Shown here piece after piece: positions 14,301 through 31,614 of a stretch of 64,000 bases of DNA. The DNA is taken from NCBI GenBank assembly GCA_051362555.1, contig CM120643.1, positions 10,292,001 to 10,356,000 of the forward strand, given 5' to 3'. A model generated the notes under the pieces. That model searched no databases, was not told where the DNA came from, and saw nothing but the letters and a program-made list of their open reading frames with translations. This stretch comes from Lingula anatina. Taxonomy: Eukaryota; Animalia; Brachiopoda. Numbering within the stretch: the stretch's first letter is position 1; each line of letters begins with the position of its first letter. A program made the position numbers and the translations under genes.

Positions 14301-16539
14301 TAACATGAATTTAGGAAGAACTAATAAATGATTAGAGTTACTGGCTTTTTTAACAAAATAAACAAATAAATAAACTGTACATAAGTCTTGGCAAGGGAAA
14401 TAAGACATTTTTCACAATAGAGATATTAGGTAAACTAACTGACAGTAAGTAGCAGCATTTTTCAAAATATATATAAATTAATAAAAAGAAATTCGACCCA
14501 TGGCCCATCAAGTAACACCCCTTAATTCACCTGTCTCAAGAGTTTTAGGTCTTAATTGCAAGAGCAGCCCAGGGATTTATAACAATAATATCATCCCTAA
14601 AGATAATTTTCTGATATAATGACAAAACTAATCAGAGCTGATCTAACAGGTTGTCTAAGACAGGATTTAGATTAACAAACAAAGGTTTGATCAGCAGCCA
14701 TTTTCACAAAAGACTGATCTAAACTTTTAGAGCAAACATTATAGTCTACTTGTATTTCAACACAAGATAGATAATTAGTAGTTTGATTATTTTAATAAAT
14801 GAAATATTGCACTGGATTTAAAAACAAAAGAGGCATTGAAGTTATTTTAAGTGAACTATTATGGGTTTATCTTAAACTTGATTAGGCTAGATTTGGTTGA
14901 ATACAGGTTTAGTCTAAATTATTAGCTAAAGGTTCTCTTGTGAAAAAGGACGCCAGATATGTCTAGCTAGAACAACGTGAGTTTCAGTGCCTTCTGGATG
15001 TTGGAAAGTAATTATTGTTACCCAGAAGCTCAAGAAGGGGGGGGGGGGGGGGCGGGGGGGGGGGGGGCGGGGATGCAACAGTGGTCCAACAGGTAGCACA
15101 AGAAGATAACTGCACTCTGAATATGCCGCAAGATCACATTACTTGGTAAGAATGAAGCATATCAGGATTTTGAGACTGAACAGACTGAGGGATATTTTTG
15201 GGATTTAAAAAAAGCTGATCTCTGAAAAACAGTGCAAGCAAAACAATATAACTTAGGCAGACTATCAGGTTGGGGGAGGGGGGGGGGAAGAAGTAGAAAG
15301 ATGTGTCTAAAAATATAGCACGACACCTTGATTATGATTCATAATTTTGATTTATAAATGAAACATTTTCATAATCAGCAATAACTGAACTATTTCTAAC
15401 AGCAAAAACAGAGACTGAATCGATTTGAACATTAAACACCAAAATATCAATTAGTTACCAGACAGGTGTTAAGAATGAAAGTGAAAGGACCCCAAGGAGT
15501 AACTATTATTTCAGTGAACAATCAAGGCATGTATAACGTACAGAAAGTTCTGTTTATCCAACTGCCAAGACAGATCTGTATCAGAACGATAACAATATAT
15601 ATCAATAACCACACAATATATTTCTCTTTGTAAAAACCCATCAGTCTAATGTTTTTGTGTAAAGACTCGAATAGGCATGATACCAACACCGCAGTTTTGA
15701 ACTAAAATTAATTTCACAAGGGATGGCAGACAAAAAGACTGTTTGAAGAAAACAAGAGATGAAACTGTAGACAGGCAAGCAGATGGAAGCAACATTTATG
15801 ATTGTACATTGTGCATTTGTCACTTACCTGAGCAAGAAAAATAAGCACAATATGCCACAGCTAATGCTACACTTTACGACCAAACTAGCAGAAAATGGAG
15901 ACATTTTTAAAGACCCATTTGGTTCAGAAAGATCAATCCTTGTACTGATATCCTTTATCATTTCATCACAAATGATTTTCATATTTCCGAAATTGACAAA
16001 AGCATCCACTGTACATTAGGAACAAGGATCTTTAAAACGAATAACCCTAACAATTTAAAACTAAATCAAAACAGCAAAATCACTGGAAACTCACATTCAT
16101 GACAAGGACAATTAATTATTTTAAGTTAAAAGGGTTCATAGACATATAATCTGAAATACAAATGGAAAATTCTTTTTCTTTACAAAGCAGATACAAAGAT
16201 CCATGTTCTAAAATGCTTGAAAGTACATATACATATACAAAGGGACATAAAATGAACCTCTTATGGCCAAAAGTGAAAGAATATATATACCACATGCCCT
16301 AAAGCACACTCTGAAGTTTTAAATTCCAAAACTCAGATCTGCAAAGACTTTCAACCCAAAAATGGGGACTCAAAGAATTTATATGTATAAACTTAGTTGC
16401 ATTGAACTACCTTAAAGAAATACTCGAAGAAATTGACTGATTTGACATTTTAATCATCTAATTCTTTTATGTTTTTAGTGGAAACTTTACACTCTTACTA
16501 GTCTATATAGTGCATGTACAATCCAACTTAAAGTTGCAA

Positions 16540-16540
<1 letters not shown>

Positions 16541-16589
<49 letters not shown>
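16541..16589. repeat. (TAA)n microsatellite
   Basis: Uninterrupted AAT trinucleotide run. Confidence 0.95.
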
Positions 16590-16929
16590 GTAATTACTCA
16601 AAGAAAAATAAAACATAAACTGCGTTCATACATCAGCATGTGTCATTATGGCTACTAAAACACCAGACCTGCCTAACCTCTAACTGCTCCTCTCTCCCTC
16701 AGCATTGTGATTTCATATGAATCTAGCTCAGGTACACTAGTTACTAGTAGCCCCAGAACTGCATTTAGTCCAATTTCACAAACACTACATTAATAAATTA
16801 TTAATTAATAGACAGAAGTTTTGAAGTAGGTCTTAAAATAAAGACTGAAAAATATGGCCAACTTTAATATATGATAAATCTATGGCTACTGCAATCCAGT
16901 CAAATAAAGTAAAACATTAATTAGCTATT

Positions 16930-16942
16930 TTTATTTATTCAT

Positions 16943-16993
<51 letters not shown>

Positions 16994-16995
16994 TT
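16930..16995. repeat. (TTTA)n microsatellite
   Basis: Imperfect TTTA tetranucleotide run. Confidence 0.9.
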
Positions 16996-17947
16996 ATAAA
17001 ACAGGCTTAACATTCTCACTAGTGTACTATTACTGATTTATCTTGGGCCAAGAAAGACTAAAATTTTAGACAGACTAGAAAAGGAGTTTTTTTTTTGTTT
17101 TTTTTTGAGAGAGAGAGTTCTTCTTTTATTCTCTTATAGCTTAAAGGTACCGATGCAAAATAATACTATAACAACAGCATATTCCTTGTTAACACACATT
17201 CTACAAAGTCCAATTTCTGATGTTCATTAATGTTAACAAGGAGAAAAAAAAAAGAAAAGAAAAATCTACCCCCAATTACCAAAAGAACTTGTGGTTTCTT
17301 TTTCAATAGAATCCCAAACCATCACCTGCTGCAACTATTGATTTTTCCTTTAATCAGTGCACCATACTGCTTATAACATCAGGGGCACTGGTATGCTAAA
17401 CAAGGGCCCTTAACATGCATTGCCTCAGCATTAAACTAATAATCCTGCATAAGGGCCTTAATATCAATAATAAATGATCCTGTTATGTATTCCATTGAAA
17501 TTTTCTCACCTGTTTTCCTTTAAATCAATGTACCTTTGATGTAACATTAAATACAAGCTGTTGAATATTTGGCATCATTAAACCATCCCATGCACCTGTG
17601 GATTGAGAGGGTCTCATTATTTATCATCCTGCTTCCGTTGGTTTTTGTTTTATAATTCGTTAAGTCAGATGCTGTAAATCTGTGTAACCACCTGAGTTTG
17701 CCATGGCAACTGGAGGCGCATTTCCACTTAAGTTGAGACGGACCAACTTTGCAAATACTAGTAGTACTGTCCAAGCAGACAATGGGCCTTTTCACCTTTT
17801 CACAAAATGTCATCTTGGACTGCATTCAGATTCACACGTTCTACCAGCTGGGTTGGGCCATTTTTGCAGAGGATTCTCGCTAAAGTGCAATCAGTGGAAT
17901 CAGCCTCATTGTCTGACATGCCTACTCAAGCAGCTAGGGGACCGTAA

Positions 17948-18230
17948 TGACTCTTGGCTGTCACCTTGATTGGTTAGAAACATTTGTTGTAAAAATTGCT
18001 ACATAATTTAAAAAATGGGCATAAAGTTTAAAACCACATAAAACGATCTTAGAGTGCCATACTGGTCTACCATAAAGTAAAAAAAACTCTCTGATCAAAA
18101 TCAGTTAAAGTATTCAAAACGACTGTCATTAAATCCCCATAGGCTCCCATAGAGTCAATAAAATATTTTTAATAATGTAGCAATTTTACGACAATCATTT
18201 CTAACCAATCAAGGTGACAGCTGAGTGTGA
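17948..18230. mobile_element. MITE with about 50-bp imperfect TIRs
   Basis: Left GCTGTCACCTTGATTGGTTAGAAA...AAAATTGCTACA matches right TGTAGCAATTTT...TTTCTAACCAATCAAGGTGACAGC. Ends are approximate. Confidence 0.7.
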
Positions 18231-18329
18231 CTGTAATTAACAATAGTGTGTTGATTAAGCTGATTCTACTGATTGGACTTAAGCAAGAATCCCCCGCAGC
18301 AGAGTTGGATCAATCTATGTAGAACTATA

Positions 18330-18586
18330 GGCTTCATTCACATGCAATGTCTATTTTCTAAATTCTATTTTCTATTCGCGGTATGTCTTATGATCACAGG
18401 CTGTGCCCTGAATATCCCGCGGCGTAATTACTGGCAGCGCGAGCCAGTTACTATAAGTTACTATAAGTAACTGGCTCGCGCTGCCAGTAATTACGCGGCG
18501 GGATATTCAGGGCACAGACCGTGACCATAAGATAGCGCGAATAGAAAATAGAATTTAGAAAATAGACATTGCATGTGAACGAAGCC
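18330..18586. mobile_element. Fold-back (almost fully palindromic) MITE, Harbinger-like GGC termini
   Basis: Arms of about 120 bp are near-perfect reverse complements (GGCTTCATTCACATGCAATGTCT... / ...AGACATTGCATGTGAACGAAGCC). ATA flanks both sides. Confidence 0.85.
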
Positions 18587-21009
18587 ATAGTTTCATTTAG
18601 ATGCACAGTTCCTTAGATTGCAAAATAGTAATCACAGTTGTCTACTGAAATACATAGTAAGTTAAACTGCCATAGCTTCAATGGAAATGCAACCCATGAT
18701 TATCAACTTTCTGGTGAAAAAAAAATCAGGCCCATAATACACAGGTAAATTAAAATCTTTCTTCCCATACTTTTAGTTTAAAACACCTGTCTAGCTAGCT
18801 CGATTTAAACACTCTGAATGCTCACTGGATAAGAAAATGATTGCTTTCGGTGCTAAAAAGACAAAATTTAATAAGTATACTGAATCCTTAAGCATACTGT
18901 AGGTGTCTGCCAAAAACTCTTTATTACCTGCCTAACATACATTCTTTAAACCTTTAGTGTTCAGTGACTAAATTAATTTACATTTAATACAAAACTATTA
19001 ATCTTAATTCACTGCATAAGGTATAGATCATTAGGGACTGACTGCTAATGTAAATGTAAGGCTTGTTAATTAGTCACTTTTGCAGTACAAAATCCATCAT
19101 CAACTTATACTTGCTAATTACGCTTGTTTTATATGTTCATTCATTCAACTTTCTTTTTTTTTTTTTTTTTTTTTTTTTTGCAAAAAATTGAGCACACTAG
19201 AACTTCAATATCCCCAACCTCTCCTTGAAGCCACTAATTGTGATAACTATGCAGCAACCTTCAGAGCAACAAAATAAATACAATAAATAACATATGAATA
19301 AGATGATTTGGATAGATGGAAGAATGGATGGATGGATCATAGGTGAGTAAATGGGTGGGTGAATGAATGAATGATTGAATGAATGAATGACTTTATCAGA
19401 ATGGAGGAGAGACTGGAAGCACAAATAATTTCTGAGAACTGTCCTGCAAAAGTACTAGTACACTGATCTGAATTATAAAGAACTAGTTCTGAACCATTTT
19501 GAGTTTACCAGTCATTTGCAAAACAGAAATCTTACAAAACCTGAAGAAGTGGGAATTGTGGTCCATCTGGAAAATGATAAGCACATGCCATACAACAACC
19601 CAACAAAGGGCCTGTTTTCATATATTGTTTTGAGTAGACATCAACATTCTATTTTCATTTATAGATCAATTGACAGTATTTTAAGCTTGAGTTTTGGTTT
19701 CACTCAAACCAATAGTTTCAAATTCAAATGTTGAAAACTAAAACATGGCATATGTTAGTGTTTATAATTGGCCACCTCTGAGATTAAGATTAGTGCAGAA
19801 GTATTTTCAGAACAGGACCATCTCACAAAATCACTTTCTTTTGCTTAGATCAGCTTAGATCACTGCTTATGTTCAGGGTTGAAGAAAATGTAAATATTTA
19901 AAAAAAAAATGTTTTTCAAAGCAATGTTTTTTTTTCTTTTCACAATACACAATGGAATTTCCTACCTTTTCCTTGCACTTACTCCGTTTGAAAGATTTGT
20001 CCATGCAGTACAATTATTAATTTTCAAACATTTTTCGATATGTAAAAATTACTTGGGCAGTACAATTATTAATTTTTGAATATTTTTCCACATGGTACAA
20101 TTATTCAGACAGTACAATTATTTGGAACTTAAGAGTACAGTAATATCTACTTTCAATTACCTAGTGTATCAATTCAAGACATTTTGACAAAACTTTCTAC
20201 AGTAGAGCAGCATAGTTTGAACTACAAATAATGATTTTGGTGTTCCTACAGAAAAAATTGAACAGCTTCACTTTATTTGGCATTTATTTAGTTGAATACA
20301 TAGATGAGACATTACTATATTAGAGATGCCAACCTCTGGAAATCCAAAATCTGGAGATTCTAAAATTTTGCCAAGTGGGAGAAGGGAGGGGGGGGGGGGG
20401 GGACATGCTGATGTGTTCATTGGTTGGAGGAAAGAGAGAGCACTCACTCTCTCAACCCTTCCCTCCCCCCTCGAAACAATTAGGCGAAAATTAAGAAGCT
20501 GATAGTGGTGCAAATTTTCAAATTCGTTTTAATCTTGGATATTTGGTTACCTCAGTCCTGTATAGGAGACCTAGAGACTCATTCTGTATCTGGGAGATTC
20601 CCGGATTATCTGGGAGAGTTGACATGAATGCTATTTTGTGCATATTCTACTGAACATGTGTACCAAATGTGTCTTGGGACAATGTTGCATAATGTTGGCT
20701 GTTAAGTGTTGCATGATTCCTTGGATGCGCTTACTTAATTATTCCGGCGGTTTGCCATCATTCTGAAGGTTTGCTATTTCGAAATACAGTTCGTTCTTCT
20801 GCAATACGTTTTAGGGCAAAGAAAGAAAGAAAGACCGAGCACGTCAAATTATGCAACAAATGCAATTCATGAAGCGCTTCTATTTTATCACTAGACCGTG
20901 AATTAACCTTTGTAAGACAACACTTCTGAATAGCGAACCATGAGACTTTGGAATAGCGAACCCCAGATTTCAGAGGTCCTAAAATACTTAGTCGATTTAG
21001 AGCATTTTT

Positions 21010-21232
21010 CGGCATTTTTCGTAATAGCACTGCAGGGCAGGCCCCGGTTCTTTACCCGGTGCATATCCATGGAGAAAATATCTGGTTATTTTGTCCATGT
21101 GTTGTCATTCCACGGTAATCACGGCATTTTTCGTAATAGCACTGCAGGGCAGGCCCCGGTTCTTTACCCGGTGCATATCCATGGAGAAAATATCTGGTTA
21201 TTTTGTCCATGTGTTGTCATTCCACGGTAATC
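21010..21232. repeat. Exact tandem duplication, 112-bp period
   Basis: CGGCATTTTTCGTAATAGCACTGCAGGG...CCACGGTAATCA starts at both 21010 and 21122. Confidence 0.9.
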
Positions 21233-21410
21233 AATCCGACCAGATTCGACCATGCTCAAGCATCCAATTACCTATAAACATATGTTTCTAGGGAGGATAT
21301 CTTGCATGGCAAAAAAATTTTATCATTGGTCATAGTAAATATCATTCCAGTAAAACAATTTACTATAAACTGTACATAAACACTTTGAATAAATAAAAAC
21401 AAAAACTCAC

Positions 21411-21800
21411 CGGCTTCTAAGGTTTGACCTTCACCTCTCGTGAATACTCGCGAACTAAATCTTGTCGGTTAATTTCTTTTTCAAAAAAACACAAATTATG
21501 CCATTATTCCTACTCAAAACATTTGTAAATCTTTGGATCATTAGCTTCCATCGACTCAGAAACGTTTTACTTATCAATTCACTTTATGTATAAACTTTCC
21601 CACGCCCCCGCCCCCCCCCCCCCAAACTCCCCATTCATTTCCCATGATTCCTTGATTACGAGACTTCGGACATGTTTCACTGCCAGAGGAGCTCTGCTTT
21701 TAACGGCGTTATTTTGCATACTAAGAAAGTGTGATTCACTTAACAGCATCGTTCATAAACAGCTGTGTCCAAGGCATTCCCTTATCTTTAAAAGGTATGC
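21411..21800. promoter_or_regulatory. Putative bidirectional promoter and non-coding first exons for the TOX-like (-) and zinc-finger (+) genes
   Basis: Minus-strand donor CCG|GTGAGT at 21411, GC box (GCCCCCGCCCC) near 21604, plus-strand donor AAG|GTATGC near 21795, local CpG enrichment, and divergent genes on either side. Confidence 0.45.
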
Positions 21801-22996
21801 TGAATTTGTGGATTTGAAGATATTTTGCCGCATTAAATGTGTTTGTTGACACCGGATTGAATTGGTTGTGTGTCGTGTGCAGACGACGATTTCATTCTCC
21901 ACATAACGACCTCGTTTTGGGTTTGGGTGCCCATTGATATCCTGTGAGAGCGGATACTGTGTAGCTAGAGAGCGAGGCACTAGTGGACAGCTATATGGCA
22001 CAGACATTATGTAACACTATGAAGATTGGAAGGCTATTGACTCGAGTGTGGCAGTTCACTTAATCTTTGTTATTGACATTCATATTTCTAACTGGTTTTC
22101 CTTATTATTGTGTGATTATACCATAACTACCAAGACGTACTGCAAACTATCAAACCAAAAATTTGCACCAAAAGTAACAAAATAGGCAACCTGAACCAGA
22201 AAGAATGTGAAGTACAAATAATAAAATGAAATATAGAAAAGACATTTTATGGTAAAAAGAATAACTTAGTATTAAGATGATTAAGTAACTGTATTTCCAA
22301 ATGAGTTAGATCAGAGCTAGACAATGTTTGAAACTGGTTTCACAAATAGTTTTGATTGCCAAGACCTCGGAGGTATGTCTTGATTTGAATTCACTTGTCT
22401 GCATGTATTAGGCCGCATTCACATCGAGAAGAGCCAAGGATCTACAAAGCCAAGACCTAAATATGGCGGACGTACATAAAAGGAAAACCGCCTAATCTTT
22501 TAATAGTCTCTCCACCTCTTACACACCTCCCCATGCGTCGTCCCTGCGGGGGTACAGTCATTAAATCTTGGCTATATTGGGGCTATGGCTTAAAAAAATT
22601 TTAAAAAGATTAAAAAAGGAAAATTCACACATCTATATGTTTATTTTCCCCTTCTTATTTTAATTTATAATTTATACCGCTCCCACCCTTGGCTATGGAT
22701 TAAAAAAGGAATATTCACACTTGTATATGTTTATCTGGTTGTCAATCATATTGACTATTTTAAAACCTTAGTATGAAAGTTTAGCTTGCCAATCAGGACT
22801 ATAAGAACAAGTGGTATGGCTGCAGTGACCTCATGACTTTAAACTTGACCTGTGTTTGGAACAGAGTATTCTTCATTCTTTAAAAATACATCTGAAGCAA
22901 GTGGACATGTTAGTTATTGTCACTAAACTTGTTTACTGAATGCATCTTTAGATTAAAAAAATGTATATATTGGGGTATGGTTTCTGTTTTAGGTTC

Positions 22997-25930
<2,934 letters not shown>

Positions 25931-27747
25931 GGTAGTCATAGTGACTTAGTTTAGACAGATATGCCAGGAAATATTTGTCTTGCCAAGTGTGGAGGGGTTT
26001 ATTTATTAATATTATTTTTCTTCACCAGTTGATTTGGTGACAGTTTGATCATGATGGGAACATTATTGGCTGGAGTTGATGTGGATGAGTTAAGATACAT
26101 AATGATAGATATACAAGATGTATAATAATAAGGGCCAATTTTCTTATATCAAGATAAAATCTTGTGATCGATTTACATTTTAAGATTAATGGCTTTACCT
26201 TACATGGTTGAGGCATGAAGAGGGGTAGTTAAAGATTTCTATTGTTGTGAATGAAATTTTAAAGAAAAGCAGAAAACCTGAAAGATGCATGTCCAAGTTC
26301 ATGTGAATGAGATGAATTAGTTTCTAGGCAGCAAATGAAGAGCTTCAAAGCCAATTTGTCAGTAGAGGGTTTTGAGTGAAATTTGCTTATTGGAAAAGAA
26401 GTCTCAAAACAGTTAATTTCCTTTAGTTGTCTTTTTAAAAGATATTTAGATTTTTTTACCACCATGGACATTTGTGTCTCTTAGATGTATTGCATTCAAC
26501 ATTTGTTTTTATATTTCTTTTGTGGCAAAGGAGATAAAAACAGCTAATACTTCCGTTACAGAGTAGAGGCTTAATTAACAGAGCACATGAAGCACAGGAC
26601 CAATTTTCAGTTTTATTTTGAACTTCTTAGCACCAGAGTTTTACTTTCATCACATGATTTCGATTTTGTGCACTTGAATGCATTTTGTTTAATTTGGTAT
26701 GTTAGAAAAAAAGCATACCAGTAAATCTGTACTATGTGTGTGAACCCTCTTCAGGTCGCGGGATTTAAATATTTTAGAAATTGTCACCTTAAAACTATTT
26801 AACATGTAGCTATTTTTTCACTATTATATATATTAATATATATTATGAATATGAGTCCTAAAATGATTTAACTCCTGTGTAAACAGGTGCTGCTCCACAG
26901 TTTACTTCAAGAACTTTCTGCATGTTAGCACTCCTTAGAAAAGTACATCATATGTCCCTGTATTTACAGATATACTGAATTTTGTGATAAATCTTCAAAT
27001 AATTCCAATAACCTATAATGCCATGATAGTTTTTTTTTGTATGGTTTGCCTCTCGTGTTAACTGTAATTCATGCCATTATCAACCCCGTCTTGTTATGTT
27101 TGTGGAGTCTTTACTGCTTTCTTTGACAATAAAAAACGAAGAAAGTTGAAGTTCATGGTTATTCTGTTGTCCTTTACAATCATGAAATATATTGTATAAA
27201 GTCTTAACCTAAATAGTGTAATGACTTGATCTTTTCAAGGGGAAAATTGTTAATTTTATAGATACTTTTTTTTTTTTTTTTTAGTGATAATTCTCAAGAT
27301 TAGAACATGGCTACTGAGTGATTGCAACAAAATTGAAAAGCAGGCTACACTATGGTTCTAATTTACACATAAAAAGCACCACAACTGCTTATCAGAGATA
27401 TAATTTTTAATGATAAAGAAAATCTGAGTCTGAATAATTTAAATTTTTTCCCCATTGAAAAGATTGTGTCTTCACCATAGTTGTTATCTAGTTTGCACCT
27501 GGCAAGGACAGAATTTTACTCCTGTTTATGTTTAAAATTTGTAATTTATTCAGCTCGGCTATATTTGAAGTGTCACAATATGGGCCATTCAACACAGGTC
27601 CTAAAATGCTAGCAACCTGTAGTTGTGGAGTATTCCATTCACACGGCTGCAGCGTTTTGGACACTGGGAGGCCACAGTGGTTCCAGTGGGATCCACTTAT
27701 TTGGTCGTTTCCACTGTATATACTGCTTCATACTAAGAGAGCGCCTT

Positions 27748-30700
27748 TCAATCTGGCTTGTAATATTCAAGCTGATCATTAGTCCTTTTATATGCCAAGA
27801 TTATCTGCTGCAGTATCACTATGTTGACTGTGAAGAATACCAGGCCAGCAAGCCAGATGTAAAGAAATGTCGGCACTCCCTGGAACTCCAAATAATAGGC
27901 TGGTGTCAGCCACAATGCCTGGAATACAACAGATTTACATGTAAATTTACTTTCACATTAGCTGTCTTGTGAATTCAATAACATGCAATGACGATGACGG
28001 ACCAAAAAAGGGGCCCTGGATGAAAGTTGCAAAAGTATTGTCTGTTATCTACCACAAATGCACTCTTGTTCAGAAGAAATCTCACAACAGGTACTAATGG
28101 TTTGAAAAGTCTGACCTTATTATTAAAATGTCTAAAAACTTCATTTTTTGTTGACTAATGGTGAAACAGCAACTTGAATCTAAGACTTGGGCTTTTCAAC
28201 TTGTGGAAATGTAACTTAAAAGACTTGTGCCAGTCTATTTATTTATTTATTTATCTATTTTGCTAGGAGTTAAAATGTTTTAACTTGACCAATAACTCAT
28301 GTGATAACCAAATCTGCTACTGTCACATCTATCGCAATTTAAGACTGACCTGTCCAGCAAACCAAGCAATGACCAGTCCAGCACCTGTAGTTTTCTTCAT
28401 GGTTAAATGGGGTATTACCAGAGGCAGCAAGGAGCCATACCACAAGAAGTACTAAATAAAGGAACAGAACTGCTATTTTACAGCACAAAATTTTACATGC
28501 AATAATGCAATATCTCTTGTATGGATGCTAAAATGTTTAAAATGACGCTTTTTCTCTTCAGTTCAGTACAGCTGATGTCTCAACAAAATTTGCTTTTCAT
28601 ATGAAAAACTTGTCAGGTGACTCAATATAATATTGGCTGATAACCCAATGAATACACAGAAGTACTAAGATGTGTGCAGAAAGCACTGACTATTACAATA
28701 TATTGCAAACTTTACTGTTGTTAAAGCACAGGCACCTAACATGAATGCATGCATTCACATACATATTCAGGGGCGGATTTAGGCCGTCTTCTGGGTCTTC
28801 CAGAAGACGGTCAGATTTTCATGTTTACATTGACGGGTATCTATTTTTTTCTGTCGGAAGATGGTCAAAAATGGGGGATGGCGCAACAAAGATAATATGG
28901 AAGACTGTCAGAAAATATCTCTGGATCCGCCACTGATATTCATACACATACAAACCAACTCACCACAAACAATACTCCTAACTTACCTGAGAAGTTACCA
29001 CCTTATTAAATGTCACAAAAACAAAAGTGTGGACAAAGCAGCAAAGTGGCAGATTGTGATACATCTTCCACGATACCAGTAGCAGTAACAACATCTGTGG
29101 CAAGAACACACCCAGTCCTAAATAGAAGGAGTAGCTGGATCCTTCTAATAAGTACAGCATGTAGAAATACACTGAGAAGTTGTGACGGATGTCTCTTCTT
29201 GTAATGTGGTATAAGTAGGTCTCGTAAAGAAACTTGTTTCCATACCTGTGAAAAATCAAATAAATTATTGTCATAAATCAAACATGTAGGAACTATTAAG
29301 CTTCCAAATCTTTTGGTCTGGTCTTAGGCCTACCAACCTACCAGACTCGGCACCAAATGATCCCGAATTCACAGTTAGATCAGATCACACTACTCGTTTT
29401 CAAGGTGTGCATCAGTAGGCATTTCACTGTATCATAATCTGGAACAAATTTTGAGATGAGATGCACTGCTTTCCAACCCGCTCAGAAGCATTGCTATCAC
29501 GTAACGTACTAGGCAAGAGCGGTGTTGCGTCTGATACTTCTATAAGCACTTACTGAGGCACACCTTGAAAATGGGTAGTATGGTCCGATCTACTGGTGAA
29601 TTCAGGATCATTCGGTGCCGAGTCTGGTAGCTGGGTATGCCTGGGTCTTGTTGTTGTGAAGAAAAGTGAAGTTGCAGCTGAAAGCTTACAAAATACAATC
29701 CATTCAGTGTAAGCAATAGTAAACCTTAAGAAAATTTCAAATTCCTGCACAGATAAAAATGAAACAGACCATGTTCTATCAAAAGCTCATCATTAAGCAA
29801 GGAAAACATTTTTTCTTATAAATAAAACCAGTTTCAAGTTTCACAAATCCATCACAGTTAATGAATTATCCCGTCTGTTAGTTAATTTTTAAAGTGTTTG
29901 TGAACATTAATGGAACAAAGCCTGCAAGTCAATTTCAATCCCAAAAAGGACAAAACTGTAGAGGCAAGAATTCTTAATCATTCACCGCAACAAAATCTTT
30001 ACACTTAATAATGTTATTATGTGCAAGTAAAAAGAAAACCATACCATCAAACCCTTACCAAAAGTAACACACTCCAGTTAAAGCAACAAACACACTTCCC
30101 GCTATCACAAAATATGTGATCCTTGCTGCATTGGGAATAATGAGCTCATAAAAATCTGTCCGCTTTCTTTGGTCCTTTCCTGCAGTTTTCTTTTGAAGAT
30201 AATCTCTATTGAGCAACAGATAGATGGGCAGTGCATAGGTAATGGGGTATATCTTGACATGCACCGATACAGCATACAGTATGGAAGACAACACGTACTG
30301 TTTCTTCATAAGTGTGTATATTGTGCTTAGTACCAATGTTGTCATAATGGACTCTGCATTCCCCCGACTTGATACCGTCACAGGCAGAGGATTGAATAGC
30401 CAAAGTAATGAATACCACAATGCTTTTTGGCCATCCACTCCTTGAGCCTGCAGTATTTTATATAGGAGCCACCCTGTGAGTACATCACATAGTATAAAGA
30501 TGAGCTTTCCAAAAAAGACTGTCAAATATATATTGGGTGTCAGCAATATTGCAAGGAAGGGGGTGTACCTGTAGGTAGCTCTATCATATGGAGATCTTCC
30601 CTGAAATAGTAATAACAAACACTTTAGTAACCAAACCAATGCATATACGTTAAAAAAAAAACAAACAAACAAACAAAAAAAAAAAAAACAGGGTGATCCA

Positions 30701-31139
30701 ATGACCATATACATACAAACTAAATGTACCTATACATTCATACTTTTTTTAAAAAAAGCATGCAGGTTACCTCTCACATCCCAAATTCTATTTAAGATTG
30801 GCATATGCCACATTGGCATTATTGCTGCGTAATTCTCTCATTTGTACAACTGTGGTACTTTGGTTAAATTGTTTATAACCTTATGTACAGACTCTTATAT
30901 ACAGTATATGGACTTTCTTTTTGGCCATGAACATGACAGGTGTACCTTATTCAACTCAACCCCATCCCCTCTACCTCAATAATGTGCCTTGCAGCATCAG
31001 TGAAAACATAATAATCCACATCTGTATACTTGACTAGCATGGTCCTATCCTGCCACTCTCCATACAACATCAGGCCAAGTCTCACCAGAATGGCCACCAA
31101 GAGGCAAACAGGTGCAGACATACATGCCTTTGAAAACAT
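27748..31139 (-). CDS. PIGM: GPI mannosyltransferase I (PIG-M), 412 aa
   Basis: Exons 31139-30975, 30600-30059, 29245-28987, 28451-28350, 27918-27748. Motifs [75 protein letters not shown]. Confidence 0.95.
28768..28935. mobile_element. MITE with CAG(G/T)GGCGGAT termini and 5-bp TSD, in a PIG-M intron
   Basis: CAGGGGCGGATT...GATCCGCCACTG flanked by ATATT on both sides; same family as 186-358. Confidence 0.8.
29326..29642. mobile_element. MITE with about 90-bp imperfect TIRs, in a PIG-M intron
   Basis: CTACCAGACTCGGCACCAAATGATCC...TTTTCAAGGTGTGCATCAGTA versus TACTGAGGCACACCTTGAAAA...GGATCATTCGGTGCCGAGTCTGGTAG. Confidence 0.75.
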
Positions 31140-31614
31140 GCTACCTGCAAAAGCATAAATGATAATGCATTTACTGTAATTATATTATCACAGAACATTC
31201 AGGGGAGTTTGTTCTCATTGGGTGAGCAGTACATGTATGTTTCAATAATTTTTAATTCTAACTCATATGTTTAATGTTTACTAGTGATTTACTTCATTTA
31301 ATGTCTTAAACACACTCTTAACAGACATGTAACATGAATTTCAAGAGGTTGATACAGAAATCAATATTTCCTGTACATTTTAATATTTTAGCTGAATATA
31401 ATGGCTGTCTGCTGGTACATAGCATGTATTAAAAGGGAACTTTTTATATCCTTACATTTCTTTTTCTTTTATGTAAAATGTACTAAGCATAGTGCCGAAG
31501 ACAAGAAATTCGACCTCACTTGCATACTGGACATCTTTGATCTTAAAAGAACTGCCAATATCAACTAGTAGACACGCGCTACTTCAATTAAGATCGCACT
31601 ATGTCATCATTAGT

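Noticed and set aside
15037-15072. Long G-run as a functional G-quadruplex
   Set aside because: Poly-G/C runs recur throughout the window and homopolymer lengths are error-prone; nothing points to function.
11600-16010. Minus-strand donor-like sites (about 11609, 12696, 15827) as extra TOX 5' exons
   Set aside because: No TOX-like coding similarity and no convincing acceptor or start context; cannot be supported without transcripts.
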